NCBI GenBank assembly: GCA_963772835.1
Contig: CAVYYZ010000009.1
Span: 119,223 to 183,222 of the forward strand
Length of the DNA: 64,000 bases
Direction of reading: 5' to 3'
Source of the DNA: an uncultured delta proteobacterium
Lineage (GTDB): Bacteria > Desulfobacterota > Desulfuromonadia > Geobacterales > Pseudopelobacteraceae
Both the position numbers and the translations under genes were made by a program. A model generated the notes under the pieces. That model was not told the origin of the DNA. It saw nothing but the letters and a program-made list of their open reading frames with translations, and searched no databases. Shown one piece after another: positions 29,309 through 41,999 of this stretch (its first letter is position 1; every line of letters starts with the position of its first letter).

Positions 29309-31712
29309 TTAACTCTCCACAACACCCTTTAACACATTACAAATTTGATCAAAGTTATACGGCTTGCTCAAAAAACCCGCAACTTCTCCCTCTGTTATCC
29401 GTGAAGAGATATCACCGGCGCCAAAACCACTGGAAACAATGATCGGCAAGTTCTTATTGATCTTTTTCAACTCATGAAACAGTTCATAACCGTCCATAAC
29501 TGGCATTCCAAGGTCTGTGACAACTAATCTAATGTATTCAGCGTTTTTCTGATACAACTCCAACGCTTCTTTGCCGTTGATTGCTTCAATAACAGAGAAT
29601 CCAAGTGCCTCCATCAAGGCTTTTGCCACCTGCATAATCTGTATTTCATCCTCTACCAGCAGCACCGTACCACTTCCCTGCCATGCTGTTGGAGAAACCT
29701 GCAGAATGTTTTTTTCTGCCGAGTCGCGTTTCTGGGCCGGCAGATAGATCTTGAAGGTTGTTCCCTGCCCCGGTTGACTGAACAACTGCAGAGCTCCTTT
29801 ATGCGCTGTGATGATGCCGAGTACTGCCGACATCCCGAGACCACGACCGGTAAACTTGGTAGTGTAAAACGGCTCGAAAATCCGCTTTTTAGTCTCATCA
29901 TCCATGCCGCAGCCACTGTCGGAGACCTTAAGGCAAATATACCTGCCTGGCTCAATGGCTTTGCCAATATAATCACTGTCTAACTGTGATGCACTGATTT
30001 CGATCTCTGTCATGGATACTTGTATTTCACCCTGCACACCGTCAATGGCTTCCGAGGCATTGATGACCAGATTCATGACTATCTGCCTGATCTGGCTGGC
30101 ATCTCCGATAATAGATAGTTCCTCTGAGGGGAAATTTGATTTAATCACGACATTTTGGTTGATAATTGATTTCAACATCTTGAGTACATCTTCCGTCAGT
30201 GCCGTCATGTTAAATCGTTTCAGAATTGACAATGATTTTCCGGCGTACACCAACATCTGACGGCATAACTCCGCAGCACGCGCCGCAGCAACTTCAATCT
30301 CTGGGATGAGATCAACAGCCGTTTCAGGGCGTTGCTGCACCAGTGAGCAATTACAGATGATGACAGTCAGGATATTATTGAAGTCATGGGCAATGCCTCC
30401 GGCCAGCACGCCGAGGCTTTCCAGCTTCTGAGTCTGTTGGAATTGTTGTTCGATCAGCAGCTTTTCTTCTACGGCCTTTTTACGCTCAGTTATATCTTCG
30501 ACAACGGAGATGAAATGTTCCGGTTTCCCCATATCATCGCACACCAGCGAAACCGTCAGGTTGATCCAGACCAGTGACCCTTCTTTACAAATATAGCGTT
30601 TCTCCAGGCAATACGTTTCGATCTCTCCGGCCAGCATCTGCTGCACATATTTCAGATCGGTTTCCAGATCGTCAGGGTGGGTAATATCCTGAAACGTCTT
30701 TGTTAGAAGTTCTTCACGGCTATAGCCCACAATAGTGCATAATTTCTGATTAACCTTCAACCAGCGCCCGTCCAAGCTCACGTGGGCAATGCCGACCGCC
30801 GCCTGTTCGAAAGTAGAGCGAAGGCTGGCTTCGCTGTTCACTCAGATCCTTTTCCATTTTTTTACGCAGGGTAATATCCTTGGCGAAATGGACCACCCCA
30901 CGGACTGCACCGTCCTTTCCACTGAGCGGGAAACAGGAGATTGATAGCCAGGTGTTAAGGCTTGGCTCAAAAAGCTCTATTTCAGAGGAAGCCCCGGTTT
31001 GCACTGTAGAAAACATTGGACAGGTGCCAACAGGCCCTCTGGTTTTGTGAAACAATTCAAAACATTTTCGGGAGTGGATCTCGTCAGGTGACACGCCGAG
31101 AACATTTCTACAGGCTTTGTTTGCGAGAAGTACATTGTTGTTAAGATCGTGGATAGTCACGCAGTCGCCGATAGCGTCAAAGGTCTCCTGCCACTCCTGT
31201 TCTTTCTCCGCAATATTTGCCCTGGCTGCCTCAAGAATCCTGACCTTCTCTTCAAGTTTTTCCGCAACTATATGACTATACTTCCTGAGAAAGTCCTCTT
31301 CTTCATGGCCTAATTCCGTGCGGACAACCGATTCTTTTTTAAGTGTGCACCTAGTAAGTATAGTGGAAAGTTCATCCCAGAATTCTTGTGCATCTTTAGG
31401 CTTGACAATAAAGGCTTCAGCGCCCAGTGAAATGGCAAGCTCAGCCTCTTTATTCCCTGTATAAACAGCAGAATAGAAAATGAAGGGAATGGATCGCAGA
31501 GATTCATCAGTCTTGATGCATCTCAGAAACTGAAAACCGTCCATTACCGGCATGAGCGCGTCTGAAACGATCAAGTCGGGCCTGTCGGAGCTTGCCAGGT
31601 GCAGTCCTTCTGCACCATTTGCTGCCTCTATGACTTCACAGCCATGATGCACCATGTTAAGTTTCAGCAGGTACCGGTCTTCAGCGTTGTCGTCCACGAT
31701 GAGGATTTTCAT
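29309..31712 (-). CDS. Hybrid histidine kinase REC-PAS-PAS-HisKA-HATPase-REC (one +1 frameshift near 30836)
   Basis: ORFs 30750..31712 and 29309..30841 join on removing one C; LAGGIAHDFNNIL, FEPFYTTK and GRGLGM. Confidence 0.9.
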
Positions 31713-31771
31713 TCGTATTCATCCTTTATCTGTATATTTTCGATACATTTCAATCAATACTTACATTAGAA

Positions 31772-33004
31772 TCACACCGCAATCCGGAACTCAGCGCCAT
31801 GCTCGACATTGCGGGCGGACAATTCCCCACCCATATTCTGCTCGATAATCACCTTTGACATATACAGACCAATCCCGGTCCCTCTGTCAGGTCCCCTTGT
31901 AGTGAAATAGGGGTCAAATATTTTGGGTAAAACATCGTCCGGAATTCCACCGCAATTGTCACGGATATACAGCACAGAACGGCCACCCTCACGTACTATG
32001 TGCAAGAAGAGACAGGGATCGGTCACATGACGCTCGATGCAGGCTTCACGAGAGTTGGAGATGATGTTGAGCAGTACCTGTGCGTATTCGTTCTGGTAAC
32101 CGACAACCGATACCTCAGTGGCGTTATCAATCTTGACCATGATATTGTGATTTTTCAGGTTTGCAGAGACCACTCCAAGGGCTCGATTGACTGCCTCGTT
32201 TATTGAAAATTTCAATTTTTCCTTGTCCTCGCGGAAAAAATTATTGAAGTCATTGATAGTCTGAGACATGTACAAGATGACTTCCATAGCCTCGCGGGCT
32301 TCTCTGTGCATATCATCAGGCGTGAGCGTGCCGGAGTCATATTCCAACTGCAGGTTCTGAATGATCAGGGCGACATTATTAAGTGGGTTACGCCATTGGT
32401 GGGCGATGTTGCCGATCATCTCTCCCAAGGCAGCAAGACGTCCTTGCTGGATCAGAATTTGGTCTTTACGGCGCTGATCGGCAACCAGTTCAGCAACACG
32501 AGACTCCAGATTTTTGTGCAGCAGTTCCAAATCTCGCACCTTTTCTTCCAGTTTGGCAGCGACCATCTGGCTATAAATTTTCAGGAACTTCTCGTCTTCC
32601 TCAAGGAGTTCGCTTACGGGCCTTTCTTTTGTTCTGTCCAGTTTTTCAAGCAGGCTTTTTAGTTGTCTCAGGAATTCCTCAGCTTCAAGAGGTTTTACCA
32701 TAAAAGCATCAGCCCCCAGCGACAGAGCAAGCTCCTTATCTTTATTTCCCGTGTACACAGCAGAGTAAAATATGAAGGGGGTATCACGCAGCACCGTTGA
32801 ACGCCTGACTTCCCGCAGAAACTCAAAGCCATCAACTTTGGGCATCAGTGCATCGGAGATAATCAAATCCGGCAGTTCGGCAGTTGCGATTACAAGACCC
32901 TCTTCACCGTTTACGGCCTCCAGAATCACTAACGCAACATGAGCCAGATAATGGCGAAGTATGTTTCGGTCGTCCGCGTTGTCGTCAACGATGAGGATTT
33001 TCAT
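31772..33004 (-). CDS. Hybrid histidine kinase REC-HisKA-HATPase
   Basis: ILIVDD/IISDALMP receiver; IGNIAHQWRNPL H-box; FDPYFTT and GTGIGLY. Confidence 0.93.
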   Translation of the reverse strand: MKILIVDDNADDRNILRHYLAHVALVILEAVNGEEGLVIATAELPDLIISDALMPKVDGFEFLREVRRSTVLRDTPFIFYSAVYTGNKDKELALSLGADAFMVKPLEAEEFLRQLKSLLEKLDRTKERPVSELLEEDEKFLKIYSQMVAAKLEEKVRDLELLHKNLESRVAELVADQRRKDQILIQQGRLAALGEMIGNIAHQWRNPLNNVALIIQNLQLEYDSGTLTPDDMHREAREAMEVILYMSQTINDFNNFFREDKEKLKFSINEAVNRALGVVSANLKNHNIMVKIDNATEVSVVGYQNEYAQVLLNIISNSREACIERHVTDPCLFLHIVREGGRSVLYIRDNCGGIPDDVLPKIFDPYFTTRGPDRGTGIGLYMSKVIIEQNMGGELSARNVEHGAEFRIAV

Positions 33005-33006
33005 TG

Positions 33007-33372
33007 CTAGACCCCGATGATCTTATGAATCTGCTCCACAATGGTCAGCGGATCGAACGGTTTCTCAAAATAGCCATTGCAGCCGGCGGCCATAATCCGG
33101 TCTCGATCTCCTCGCATGGCGTAAGAGGTTATGGCGATGATCGGCATAGTGCCATCAATTTTGGAAGCCCGGATTCTGGTGGTCGCCTCGATACCGTCAA
33201 TCCCCGGCAAGTTGATATCCATGATAATAAAGAAGGGACGGTTGGCAATTGCCATCGCAACCCCATTTTCGCCAGTTTCAGCGCTGATGACTTCATAGCC
33301 TGCCCGCTGCAGGGCATAGGTGATTATCTGCAGATTATCTGCGTTGTCTTCCACTACCAGCACTGTTTTCAT
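33007..33372 (-). CDS. Single-domain response regulator (DivK-like)
   Basis: LVVEDN, MDINLPGIDG, IIAITSYAM.GD and FEKP. Confidence 0.93.
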   Translation of the reverse strand: MKTVLVVEDNADNLQIITYALQRAGYEVISAETGENGVAMAIANRPFFIIMDINLPGIDGIEATTRIRASKIDGTMPIIAITSYAMRGDRDRIMAAGCNGYFEKPFDPLTIVEQIHKIIGV

Positions 33373-34784
33373 GGTTTCCCCTCAGTGGCATTTGGTGTCT
33401 GCCCTTCCTTTTGTTCTCCTTTAAGACGGCTCGGAATAGTCATCACAAAGGCACTGCCGTTCCCCGGTTCGCTCGTCACAAAAATTTCGCCGTGTAAAAT
33501 ATCTACAACTATTTTTTTCGTCAGGTAGAGCCCCAGCCCGGTTCCCAGGACTTTGGCGGTCAGGTGTGAGTGGATTCTGCTGAACGCGTTGAAGAGTTTG
33601 ACCTGATCAACCGCCGCAATACCAATGCCGGTGTCGGTTACGGTAAACGTCACCTCACCATCTGCTTCGTTGTGTCGGACAACAACCGTAACGCCACCCT
33701 GCTCGGTAAACTTCAGACCATTACTGACCAGATTAAGTATGCACTGCAGCAGACGGCGCCGATCAGTATTCATCGGCAGGCTGAGCTGATCCACGGTCAG
33801 GGAGAGCTTCCGATCCTGTGCCTCTTTGGTAAAAGTCTGCTCCACCTCTGTCAGCAGTTCGGCAAGATCGAATTCTTCGCGACTGACTTCAATCATCCCC
33901 GCTTCGATTTTCGAGACGTCAATCACATCGTTAATCAAGGAGAGCAGGTGTTTGCCGGAACGGAGGATCGAGGTCAGGCTCTTTTTCTGTTCATCGTTCA
34001 AAGCACCGATCCACTCATTAAGCAGGATGCTGGAGAAGCCGATCACCGAATTGAGTGGCGTCCGCAGTTCGTGACTCATTGAGGCGATGAACATCGATTT
34101 CAGCCGGTCAACCTCCTTCAATTTCTCATTTGTCTGTTCAAGTTTATTATTGACGTCGTTTACGTCCTCCAGCAGATATTGCATGGCTGTTTGGGAACGT
34201 TCGAGTTGAATTGTCTTTTGCTGAAGGTTTTCAGTGCGCTCTTTGACCAGATCTTCAAGATTCTCATGATATTTTTCGAGTTCAAGGTCAACCTGCTTTC
34301 GCCCGGATATATCTTCAACGCTGGACCAGATGAATTTTTCGCCATTACGCTCTATCAGCAAACCCTGTAATCGGACCGGCACAAGATGGCCATCCCTGTG
34401 AATATATTCCTTTTCATAGGGACCATACACGCCGGAATTGTTGAGCGATTCCAACTGTTGCTGCTCCTGAGACGCATATTTTTCTGGAGTAATCTCCCAA
34501 TAAGTCAAGTTCAGAGTTTCATCAATAGTTCTGCCGATAATGCCGGAGTAAGCGGTGTTAACATCAACCAGTTTCCCGTCCATGCTGGCAAGCGCAAGGC
34601 CGACGGGAGACTGTTCGAAAAGCATCCGGTTATACGCTTCACTCTCCCTCAGTTTTTTCTCCTTAATCTCACTGGCCAACGCAGTTTCACTCAGCATGCC
34701 GCGGATTAGCCGGGTCATAAATGTATGCAGTGACATAATTCTCCCAATATTGAACGAAGATTTTGTGCCTCTACGGTTACTCAC
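33369..34784 (-). CDS. Cytoplasmic PAS histidine kinase
   Basis: PAS, coiled coil, SMSHELRTPLN, NGLKFT and GTGLGL. Confidence 0.93.
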   Translation of the reverse strand: MSNRRGTKSSFNIGRIMSLHTFMTRLIRGMLSETALASEIKEKKLRESEAYNRMLFEQSPVGLALASMDGKLVDVNTAYSGIIGRTIDETLNLTYWEITPEKYASQEQQQLESLNNSGVYGPYEKEYIHRDGHLVPVRLQGLLIERNGEKFIWSSVEDISGRKQVDLELEKYHENLEDLVKERTENLQQKTIQLERSQTAMQYLLEDVNDVNNKLEQTNEKLKEVDRLKSMFIASMSHELRTPLNSVIGFSSILLNEWIGALNDEQKKSLTSILRSGKHLLSLINDVIDVSKIEAGMIEVSREEFDLAELLTEVEQTFTKEAQDRKLSLTVDQLSLPMNTDRRRLLQCILNLVSNGLKFTEQGGVTVVVRHNEADGEVTFTVTDTGIGIAAVDQVKLFNAFSRIHSHLTAKVLGTGLGLYLTKKIVVDILHGEIFVTSEPGNGSAFVMTIPSRLKGEQKEGQTPNATEGKP

Positions 34785-37183
34785 TCATCCAGGACCATCC
34801 GCACTTTCCGCAGCAAATCTTTTGGTGAAGAAGGTTTGCTGATCAAGTGAGCGCCATCCTCAAGTGATGCCTTCTGGCGGATTGTGTCGGGCGCATAACC
34901 ACTGGAGAAGATGACCTTTATACCGGGCTGTAGCTTGCGAATCTCGTCACAGGCCACATTACCATTCATTCTCGGCATAATCAGATCAAAGAGGAGAAGG
35001 TCGATTCTCTCCTTATTTTCCTGGAACAACCGTATCGCCTCCTCTCCATCAACGGCCTCTATTAATGTGTAGCCGGCTTCTGTCAATACTTTAGTCATAA
35101 GATTTCGCACAAGAGCATCGTCTTCAGCAAGCAGGATTGTCTCTGTTCCACCAACAATCGGCTGCTCTTTTTCGGGCATGACTACATGCGCTGCTTCCAT
35201 GGAAAGTGAAAGATAAATCCTGAAGGTGGTTCCGTGACCAGGTTCGCTGTAGACGACGATGAACCCATCATGCTGCTTGATGATGCCGTAGACAACGGAA
35301 AGACCAAGTCCGGTTCCTTTGCCCACCTCTTTGGTGGTAAAAAACGGTTCAAAAATCCGCTGCTGTGTCGCTTTGTCCATCCCGATGCCGGTATCTGAAA
35401 CACTTAGCAGGACAAATTCACCCGGTTTGCCATAACCATGCGTCGCAACAAAATCTTCATTGAGGACAATCCGTTCCGTTTGCAGGCTAAACTTTCCCCC
35501 ATGTGGCATGGCATCATGGGCGTTCACCGCCAGATTCATCAGCACCTGCTCCAGTTGGCTGCTGTCGGCAAGAACCGGCACGGGGCCGGCGCAGAACGAC
35601 TGCGTCAGTTCGATGTCCGCGCCGATGATCCGTTGCAAAAATTTATCTGTTTTTCCGACGACCTCGTTCAGGTCGATGCAGCGCCGTTCGCTAAACTGCT
35701 TACGACTGAAGAGCAGCAGTTGTCTGGTCAGATGGGCGGCTCGTTCCGCCGCTTCAACGATTCCTTTGATATTATGGCGCTGCGGATTGTCATCCGTCAT
35801 TTTCATAAGCGTTATCTCGCCTAAACCAATGATGACCGTCAGGATATTATTGAAATCATGGGCCACACCCCCTGCCAGGGTGCCAACCGATTCCATCTTT
35901 TGGGCATGCAGATACTGGGTTTCCAGTTTCTTGTGTGAGGTGATGTCACGCTTCACCTCAATGACCTTTGTCACTCTGCCCTGCTCGTCCGGCAGGGGCA
36001 CGGTCCGGATATCGTAGATCCGGTCATCGAGCTTGGTGACGGTCTCGCTATGGGGGACGCCAGACTCGAAGCATTTCAATACCGGGCAGCTTTCGCAGGG
36101 GGTCGTGCGCTGATACCTGAGATTGTAACAGTGTCCACCCGACAGCTCTTCGGACGCGATGCCGATGTCTTCAGCGGTGGCGCGATTGGCCCAGAGTACC
36201 TTTAGATCGTGGTCGAGGAGTAAGAGGCTGTCGGGTATGGCATCAAGCACGCCGTTAAATTCTTGCGACAGGCGGCGGAATTTCGCTTCGCTTTGCTCCA
36301 GCTCTGTCGCCGACCGCTTGCGTTCGGTAATATCTCTGATGACGCCGATATTTCCTGCCAGCTTGCCATCATCGCCCAGCATTCTCATGGCATGCAGTTC
36401 GCCGACGAACTCCGCTCCAGATTTCCGCCGGTAAATCAATTCCAGCAGCTTGCCGGTTTCGGTATCATTACGATTGAAGATCTCTTTCCCGGCCAGCTCG
36501 AACTGCGCCAGGTCAGCACAGAGCAAAGAAGTGGATTTGCCCAGCACATCGTCGGTTTCATAACCAAAGATGGTGCGCAGGGCCGGTTGATTGACATCGA
36601 TGATCGTGCGGGAAAGGTCGGTGATGATCACCACGTCCCGCATGCTGGCAAACAGGTTACGGTAGCGGGCTTCGCTCTGCGCGATCCGTTGGTTGGCCTC
36701 CTCCAGCGCCCGCACCTTTTCCTCCAGCTTGGCGGCCACAATACGGCTGTATTCGACGAGAAATTCCTCGTCGGATCGAGAAATCTGTTCTATTGCGGTG
36801 CAAGCATTGGTGCCATTCAAAAGAGCACGGGAAATTTCCTCCCAGAGCTCGTCCGCAGTCAGTGGTTTGACAATAAAAGCTCTGGCGCCCAGAGCTAAAG
36901 CCATTTCCTTCTCCCGATTGCCGGTGTACACGCTGGAATAGAAGATGAATGGAATCTCGCTCAGTTCGGGTTTTTTCTTGATCTCCCGTAGCAACTGGAA
37001 CCCGTCCATCTCCGGCATAAGGGCATCTGATATAATCAGCCCGGGCAGTTTGGAAATTGCCAGGCTCAACGCTTCCAGGCCGTTTGCCGCCTCCAGAATT
37101 TGGTAGCCGTGCCACTCGAAATTGTAACGAAGCAGCTTTCGGTCTTGCTCGTTATCATCGACAATCAATACGGAGTGGGTCAT
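34781..37183 (-). CDS. Hybrid histidine kinase REC-PAS-PAS-HisKA-HATPase-REC
   Basis: LAGGVAHDFNNIL and FEPFFTTKEVGKGTGLGL; receivers at both ends. Confidence 0.94.
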   Translation of the reverse strand: MTHSVLIVDDNEQDRKLLRYNFEWHGYQILEAANGLEALSLAISKLPGLIISDALMPEMDGFQLLREIKKKPELSEIPFIFYSSVYTGNREKEMALALGARAFIVKPLTADELWEEISRALLNGTNACTAIEQISRSDEEFLVEYSRIVAAKLEEKVRALEEANQRIAQSEARYRNLFASMRDVVIITDLSRTIIDVNQPALRTIFGYETDDVLGKSTSLLCADLAQFELAGKEIFNRNDTETGKLLELIYRRKSGAEFVGELHAMRMLGDDGKLAGNIGVIRDITERKRSATELEQSEAKFRRLSQEFNGVLDAIPDSLLLLDHDLKVLWANRATAEDIGIASEELSGGHCYNLRYQRTTPCESCPVLKCFESGVPHSETVTKLDDRIYDIRTVPLPDEQGRVTKVIEVKRDITSHKKLETQYLHAQKMESVGTLAGGVAHDFNNILTVIIGLGEITLMKMTDDNPQRHNIKGIVEAAERAAHLTRQLLLFSRKQFSERRCIDLNEVVGKTDKFLQRIIGADIELTQSFCAGPVPVLADSSQLEQVLMNLAVNAHDAMPHGGKFSLQTERIVLNEDFVATHGYGKPGEFVLLSVSDTGIGMDKATQQRIFEPFFTTKEVGKGTGLGLSVVYGIIKQHDGFIVVYSEPGHGTTFRIYLSLSMEAAHVVMPEKEQPIVGGTETILLAEDDALVRNLMTKVLTEAGYTLIEAVDGEEAIRLFQENKERIDLLLFDLIMPRMNGNVACDEIRKLQPGIKVIFSSGYAPDTIRQKASLEDGAHLISKPSSPKDLLRKVRMVLDE

Positions 37184-37264
37184 GGCTATTATCCTCGTGC
37201 CGATGGCAGTGGCAGTAAAATATCTTTAAGTTTTTCATTTGTCTGTTCAGTAAACCCTGTAATC

Positions 37265-38308
37265 TCAAGCGGGTACACTTGTCAGCTCCTTTACCCGCTC
37301 TTTCAGTTCATTGATGCGGAACTCCCGATCAATAAAAAGCTTGTTGAACCTTTCAAGCTCCCGATTTTTCTCTTCCAGGGCAGCATTGGCTTTTTCCAGA
37401 TCCTGCCTGGCAAGGGAAAGTTCCTGAAGCTGATGGTTTTTTTCCTGTAGGTCGGCTGTGCGTTGGGCAGCCTGCTGTTCAAAATAGTGTTGCAGCCGGC
37501 TTAGTTGCAGGTGTGTGCGGATTCTGGCATGGGCTTCGTCGATATCGAACGGTTTGGTGATAAAGTCGGCGGCGCCCGCAGAAAATCCACTGATTTTCTC
37601 GAGCGTTTTATCGAGTATGCTAAGAAAGATGACCGGAATACGATAACCAGCTGCGGTTGCTTTGATCCGGCGGCAGGTTTCATAACCATCCATTTCCGGC
37701 ATCACGATATCCAGCAGGATCAGATCGGGCGGATTAACACCCAGCACCAGATCGATCGCTTTTTGGCCATTGGTGGCAACTATAACACGATACATCTCGG
37801 ACAGCGCACCGACGAGGTCGTGCACATTCTCAGGCACATCATCCACTACCAGAATGCTGGGAGTTGCTTGAGGAGGCACTACATCAGCAATACCGGACAG
37901 GACAGGCTTTCTGCGATAACGCAACAGTTCGAGCTGAGACATCACCCGCACCTTGAGCAGGTCGGGGTTGACCGGCTTGGTGATATAATCGGCAGCGCCC
38001 ATCTTCAAACCTTTCGCCTCATCCTCCGTCTCCGACAAAGAAGTAACAAAGATGACCGGAAGCTCCGCCGTCACCAGATCTGCCTTGAGCCTGCGCAGTA
38101 CTTCATAGCCATCCATGTCCGGCATCCTGATATCCAGCAGGATCAAATCCGGCTGTGGCTGCTGCTGAGCCAGTTCCAGGGCCTTTTCGCCGCTGGTCGC
38201 GGCAATGACGGCATAGCTGTCGCGCAGGATACTCATCAGCGCGTGGAGATTCTCGGCGACGTCATCGACTATCAGCACCCTCTGTTTATCAATATTGGCT
38301 TCACTCAT
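37265..38308 (-). CDS. Tandem-receiver (REC-REC) protein with coiled-coil tail and no enzymatic output
   Basis: Two [15 protein letters not shown] receivers; ends [26 protein letters not shown]. Confidence 0.9.
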   Translation of the reverse strand: MSEANIDKQRVLIVDDVAENLHALMSILRDSYAVIAATSGEKALELAQQQPQPDLILLDIRMPDMDGYEVLRRLKADLVTAELPVIFVTSLSETEDEAKGLKMGAADYITKPVNPDLLKVRVMSQLELLRYRRKPVLSGIADVVPPQATPSILVVDDVPENVHDLVGALSEMYRVIVATNGQKAIDLVLGVNPPDLILLDIVMPEMDGYETCRRIKATAAGYRIPVIFLSILDKTLEKISGFSAGAADFITKPFDIDEAHARIRTHLQLSRLQHYFEQQAAQRTADLQEKNHQLQELSLARQDLEKANAALEEKNRELERFNKLFIDREFRINELKERVKELTSVPA

Positions 38309-38330
38309 GTCGGCTTCTCCTGCAAAAATA

Positions 38331-41300
38331 TCATGCTGACCCGCCCAGATGCCGGGTTAAGTCTTTAATCTGCTCAAGTGCTTCATCGGTAGCAAAGCGG
38401 TCCATCAAGGCGGCTATCCTGACCAGATCCTGTTCCGTTTCCATCCCGGCCTCATCCCCCAGCAGCTCTGCAAGGAGCTGATCGGCCGCTCCCAGATCGC
38501 TTTTGAGCAGAGAGGCCAGCGCAAGCAGTTTGGCCAGTAACTGATTACGATCATTCGTCGTTGTTGCCTTGGGCTTTGCGGCAACTGGAGTGGCCAACCC
38601 ATCGATCTCATCCATGGTCTGCTGCAGTAGCTGTCCCATGCGTTCAAACTGTTCAGGAGCCGCCATCATACCTGACTTCAGTACATTATCCACTGCGCTG
38701 ATACAGGCAAACAGCTCATTGGCACTGAGATTCCCGGTAACGCCCTTGAGGGCATGGCAATAATCCTCACCAGCCTCAACTCCATTTTCTCTGATCGTAC
38801 GCTGCAATTCGGCTAACGCACCGGAATAGTTTTTACGGAAGCGGTATAGCTGATTGCGGTAGGCTCCCGCTTTGCCGCCGATACGGCGAATCCCCTGCGC
38901 CGCATCTACGGTTTTCAGTGCCAGCAGGTCGGCAGGAATTTCCGGGGCAACGGCATCAGGATTCGTCGCAGCGGATGGGGATGTTGTCTCCGCCGGCAGC
39001 CACTTCGCTAGTACCGCCTGTAGTCGTTCCGGTGCCACCGGCTTGGTAATGTAATCGTTCATGCCGGCTTGCAGGCATTTCTGGGCATCCTCGGCCATGG
39101 CCATCGCGGTCATGGCGATGATCGGCAGTGTCGTAAAGTGTTCGTCATCCAGCTCCACCGCCAGGGCACGTATGCGCCGTGCCGCTTCCAACCCATCCAT
39201 GACCGGCATCTGGATATCCATCAAAATACCGTCATAGGAGCGCTGTTGCACCATAGCCACAGCCTCTTCGCCATTAACCGCTTCATCCAGAGTGATGCCC
39301 ATGCTGTGCAGCAGTTCCACGGCAAACTCGCGGTTGATTTCGTTATCTTCGACCAGCAGCAGGTGAATGCCGCTATAGTCACTGCTGGTCAGCGCAGAGC
39401 CAGTTCCGCGCTCTTGTTTTTCTGCGCCAAAAATACGGTCGCGCCCCAATACTGACAAAATGGTATCGAGCAGAGTTGACGGTGCCATCGGCTTGAGCAG
39501 GAAGCCATTTACGTCGGATTGCTCCACCAGTTTCATCACTTCCTCCCGGCCATAGGCGGTAACAATAACCACTTTGGGCTGGGGGCTTATAGCGCTGTCG
39601 GTACGAATCCTCCGGGTCGCCTCGTCACCGTTCATGCCGGGCATGCGCCAGTCCATCAACACGACATCAAAAGGGTTATCGACAGCCGCTTGCAGCTGTT
39701 CTATGGCATCCTGGCCATTGACAGCGCCTCTGACATCGAGCTGGAAGGAGCGGAGCATTTCGGCAAGAATCTCCCGTGCGACTTCGTTGTCATCCACCAC
39801 CAGGATACGTATCCCCTTGAGCAGCGGTCCCGCCTGCTCCACCAACTCATGGCTATGCAGTAGCGCCCGGGTGTCAATGTTGAGCGGCACCGTACAGCAG
39901 ATGGTCGTACCCGTGCCCGGTTGCGAGTTTTCTATCCAGATGCGCCCTCCCATCAATTCCACCAGCAGCTTACTGATCGCCAGTCCCAGGCCGGTACCGC
40001 CGAAACGCCGCGTGGTGGACTGATCGGCCTGGGTGAATTTCTGGAACAGGCTGCTCTGCACCTCAGGCGTCATGCCGATGCCGGTATCCCGCACACAAAT
40101 TTCAAGCGTCAGCGCGGTGTCGCTGACACTTCGGCCGGTAAATGACAACTCCACCTCGCCCGCTTCGGTGAATTTGACGGCGTTACCACAAAGATTAAGC
40201 AGCACCTGACCCAGACGAAGCGAATCGCCAATGAGCCGGCACGGGATATTCACGTCATAGCGGATGAGAAACTCGATCCCCTTTTTTTCGGCCTGTAAGC
40301 CGATGGCATCGGTCAGTTGCTCCAGGACACTGTCGAGACCGAATTCTACCGACTCTATTTCCAGTTTGCCAGCCTCGATCTTGGAAAAATCCAGAATATC
40401 ATTGATGATCCCCAGCAGGGAGTGAGCCGCACCCTGCGCTTTGCTCAGGTAGTTGTGCAGTGCGGGTGGCATATCGGATTTCATGGCGAGGTAGAGCATA
40501 CCAAGAATTGCATTCATCGGTGTGCGGATCTCGTGGCTCATGTTGGCGAGAAAGTCGCTCTTGGCAAGGGTGGCGGCTTCTGCTGACTCCTTTGCAATAC
40601 GCAGCTGCTCTTCAGCATACTTACGTGCGGAAATGTCATGTGCAATCTTGGATGCGCCGATGATTTTACCTGAGGCGTCTTTTATTGGTGAGATGGTTGC
40701 CAAAACAGGTACGAGTTCTCCATTTTTCTTTACCCTTACCGTCTCGAAATGATCAATTCGTTCGCCGGAACGTATCCGGGCGAGGATTCCCGGCTCTTCG
40801 TCTAGACGCTCCGGCGGAATGATTTTGACCATCGAAGATCCGATCATCTCCTTTTCTGTATAACCGAAAAGTCTCTCTGCTGCAGCGTTCCAGCTGGTGA
40901 CAACACCATCAAGCGTCTTGCTGATGATGGCGTCTTCAGAAGATATGACAATGGCGGCAAAGTGAGCCATATCTATTTCGGCCATTTTTCGTACGGTAAT
41001 GTCACGCACGATGCCGGTAAACATCCGTTGACCGTTGACCGCCATCTCGCCAACCGCCAATTCCATTGGAAATGTGGAGCCGTCCTTGCGACGACCGACC
41101 ACCTCGCGACCGATGCCAATAATTTTTTTCTTGCCGGTGCTGTGGTAGTTGTGCAGAAAACCGTCGTGGGCACTGTGGTAGGGCTCCGGCATCAGCAACT
41201 TGACGTTCTGCCCGACCATTTCTGCCATTGAATAGCCGAACAGGCGCTCGGCGGCCGAGTTGACAGTCTGCATAACCCCATGAACATCGATCGTAATGAT

Positions 41301-41873
41301 GCCGTCCAAAACGGTGTCGATAATGCTGCGCACCGTCTCTGCCGACTTTTGAAATTGCTGTTCCATGTCCGCCAACAGCGCGCAAGTTGTCTGCATCTGA
41401 AACTCATCGACAACGCAGCTGGCAAGATCGACAAGGGCAGAGCGCTGTTCTTCGCTGAGGTTGCGCGGGACACGATCGATGGCACACAGAGTGCCAACGC
41501 GTTCACCGCCGTCCAGTTCCAGCGGCGCGCCGGCGTAGAAGCGGATGTCAGGCGCGCCGATGACCAAGGGATTGTCGGCAAAGCGCGTGTCGGCAGCGGC
41601 GTCCGGAACACAAAACAACTCATCGCCGAGTATGGCATGGCCGCAGAAGGAAATGTCACGCGGTGTTTCGGTGGCATCCAGTCCCTGACGAGACTTGAAC
41701 CACTGCCGCTTGTCATCGATCAGGCTGATCAGCACGATGGGAGTCTGCAGGATAATCTGGGCGAGGCGGGTGTAGCGGTCAAAACGCTCTTCGGCAGGGG
41801 TGTCGAGAATATTCAAGGAGCGCAGGGCGTGCAGCCGTGCCGCTTCGTTGACCGGGGTGGCTGGTTCTAGCAT
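38331..41873 (-). CDS. Unorthodox hybrid kinase GAF-PAS-PAS-HisKA-HATPase-REC-REC-Hpt
   Basis: GAF ([17 protein letters not shown]); FixL-like PAS ([22 protein letters not shown]); [11 protein letters not shown]; Hpt [11 protein letters not shown]. Confidence 0.94.
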   Translation of the reverse strand: MLEPATPVNEAARLHALRSLNILDTPAEERFDRYTRLAQIILQTPIVLISLIDDKRQWFKSRQGLDATETPRDISFCGHAILGDELFCVPDAAADTRFADNPLVIGAPDIRFYAGAPLELDGGERVGTLCAIDRVPRNLSEEQRSALVDLASCVVDEFQMQTTCALLADMEQQFQKSAETVRSIIDTVLDGIITIDVHGVMQTVNSAAERLFGYSMAEMVGQNVKLLMPEPYHSAHDGFLHNYHSTGKKKIIGIGREVVGRRKDGSTFPMELAVGEMAVNGQRMFTGIVRDITVRKMAEIDMAHFAAIVISSEDAIISKTLDGVVTSWNAAAERLFGYTEKEMIGSSMVKIIPPERLDEEPGILARIRSGERIDHFETVRVKKNGELVPVLATISPIKDASGKIIGASKIAHDISARKYAEEQLRIAKESAEAATLAKSDFLANMSHEIRTPMNAILGMLYLAMKSDMPPALHNYLSKAQGAAHSLLGIINDILDFSKIEAGKLEIESVEFGLDSVLEQLTDAIGLQAEKKGIEFLIRYDVNIPCRLIGDSLRLGQVLLNLCGNAVKFTEAGEVELSFTGRSVSDTALTLEICVRDTGIGMTPEVQSSLFQKFTQADQSTTRRFGGTGLGLAISKLLVELMGGRIWIENSQPGTGTTICCTVPLNIDTRALLHSHELVEQAGPLLKGIRILVVDDNEVAREILAEMLRSFQLDVRGAVNGQDAIEQLQAAVDNPFDVVLMDWRMPGMNGDEATRRIRTDSAISPQPKVVIVTAYGREEVMKLVEQSDVNGFLLKPMAPSTLLDTILSVLGRDRIFGAEKQERGTGSALTSSDYSGIHLLLVEDNEINREFAVELLHSMGITLDEAVNGEEAVAMVQQRSYDGILMDIQMPVMDGLEAARRIRALAVELDDEHFTTLPIIAMTAMAMAEDAQKCLQAGMNDYITKPVAPERLQAVLAKWLPAETTSPSAATNPDAVAPEIPADLLALKTVDAAQGIRRIGGKAGAYRNQLYRFRKNYSGALAELQRTIRENGVEAGEDYCHALKGVTGNLSANELFACISAVDNVLKSGMMAAPEQFERMGQLLQQTMDEIDGLATPVAAKPKATTTNDRNQLLAKLLALASLLKSDLGAADQLLAELLGDEAGMETEQDLVRIAALMDRFATDEALEQIKDLTRHLGGSA

Positions 41874-41999
41874 GTCAGATCTCCTGTCGCTGCTACAGCA
41901 GGGTGTCGATCCATTGCCGAAATAGGTTCTGTTGGAGAAGCTGTCATGCTGTTTACCCTCCTCGTTTTTTGTCTCGAATCCAGTTGAAATCTGATGCCT

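Noticed and set aside
38331..41873. Bacteriophytochrome as the acceptor for heme oxygenase product
   Set aside because: The GAF lacks the DIP motif and there is no PAS-GAF-PHY arrangement or PRxSF tongue.
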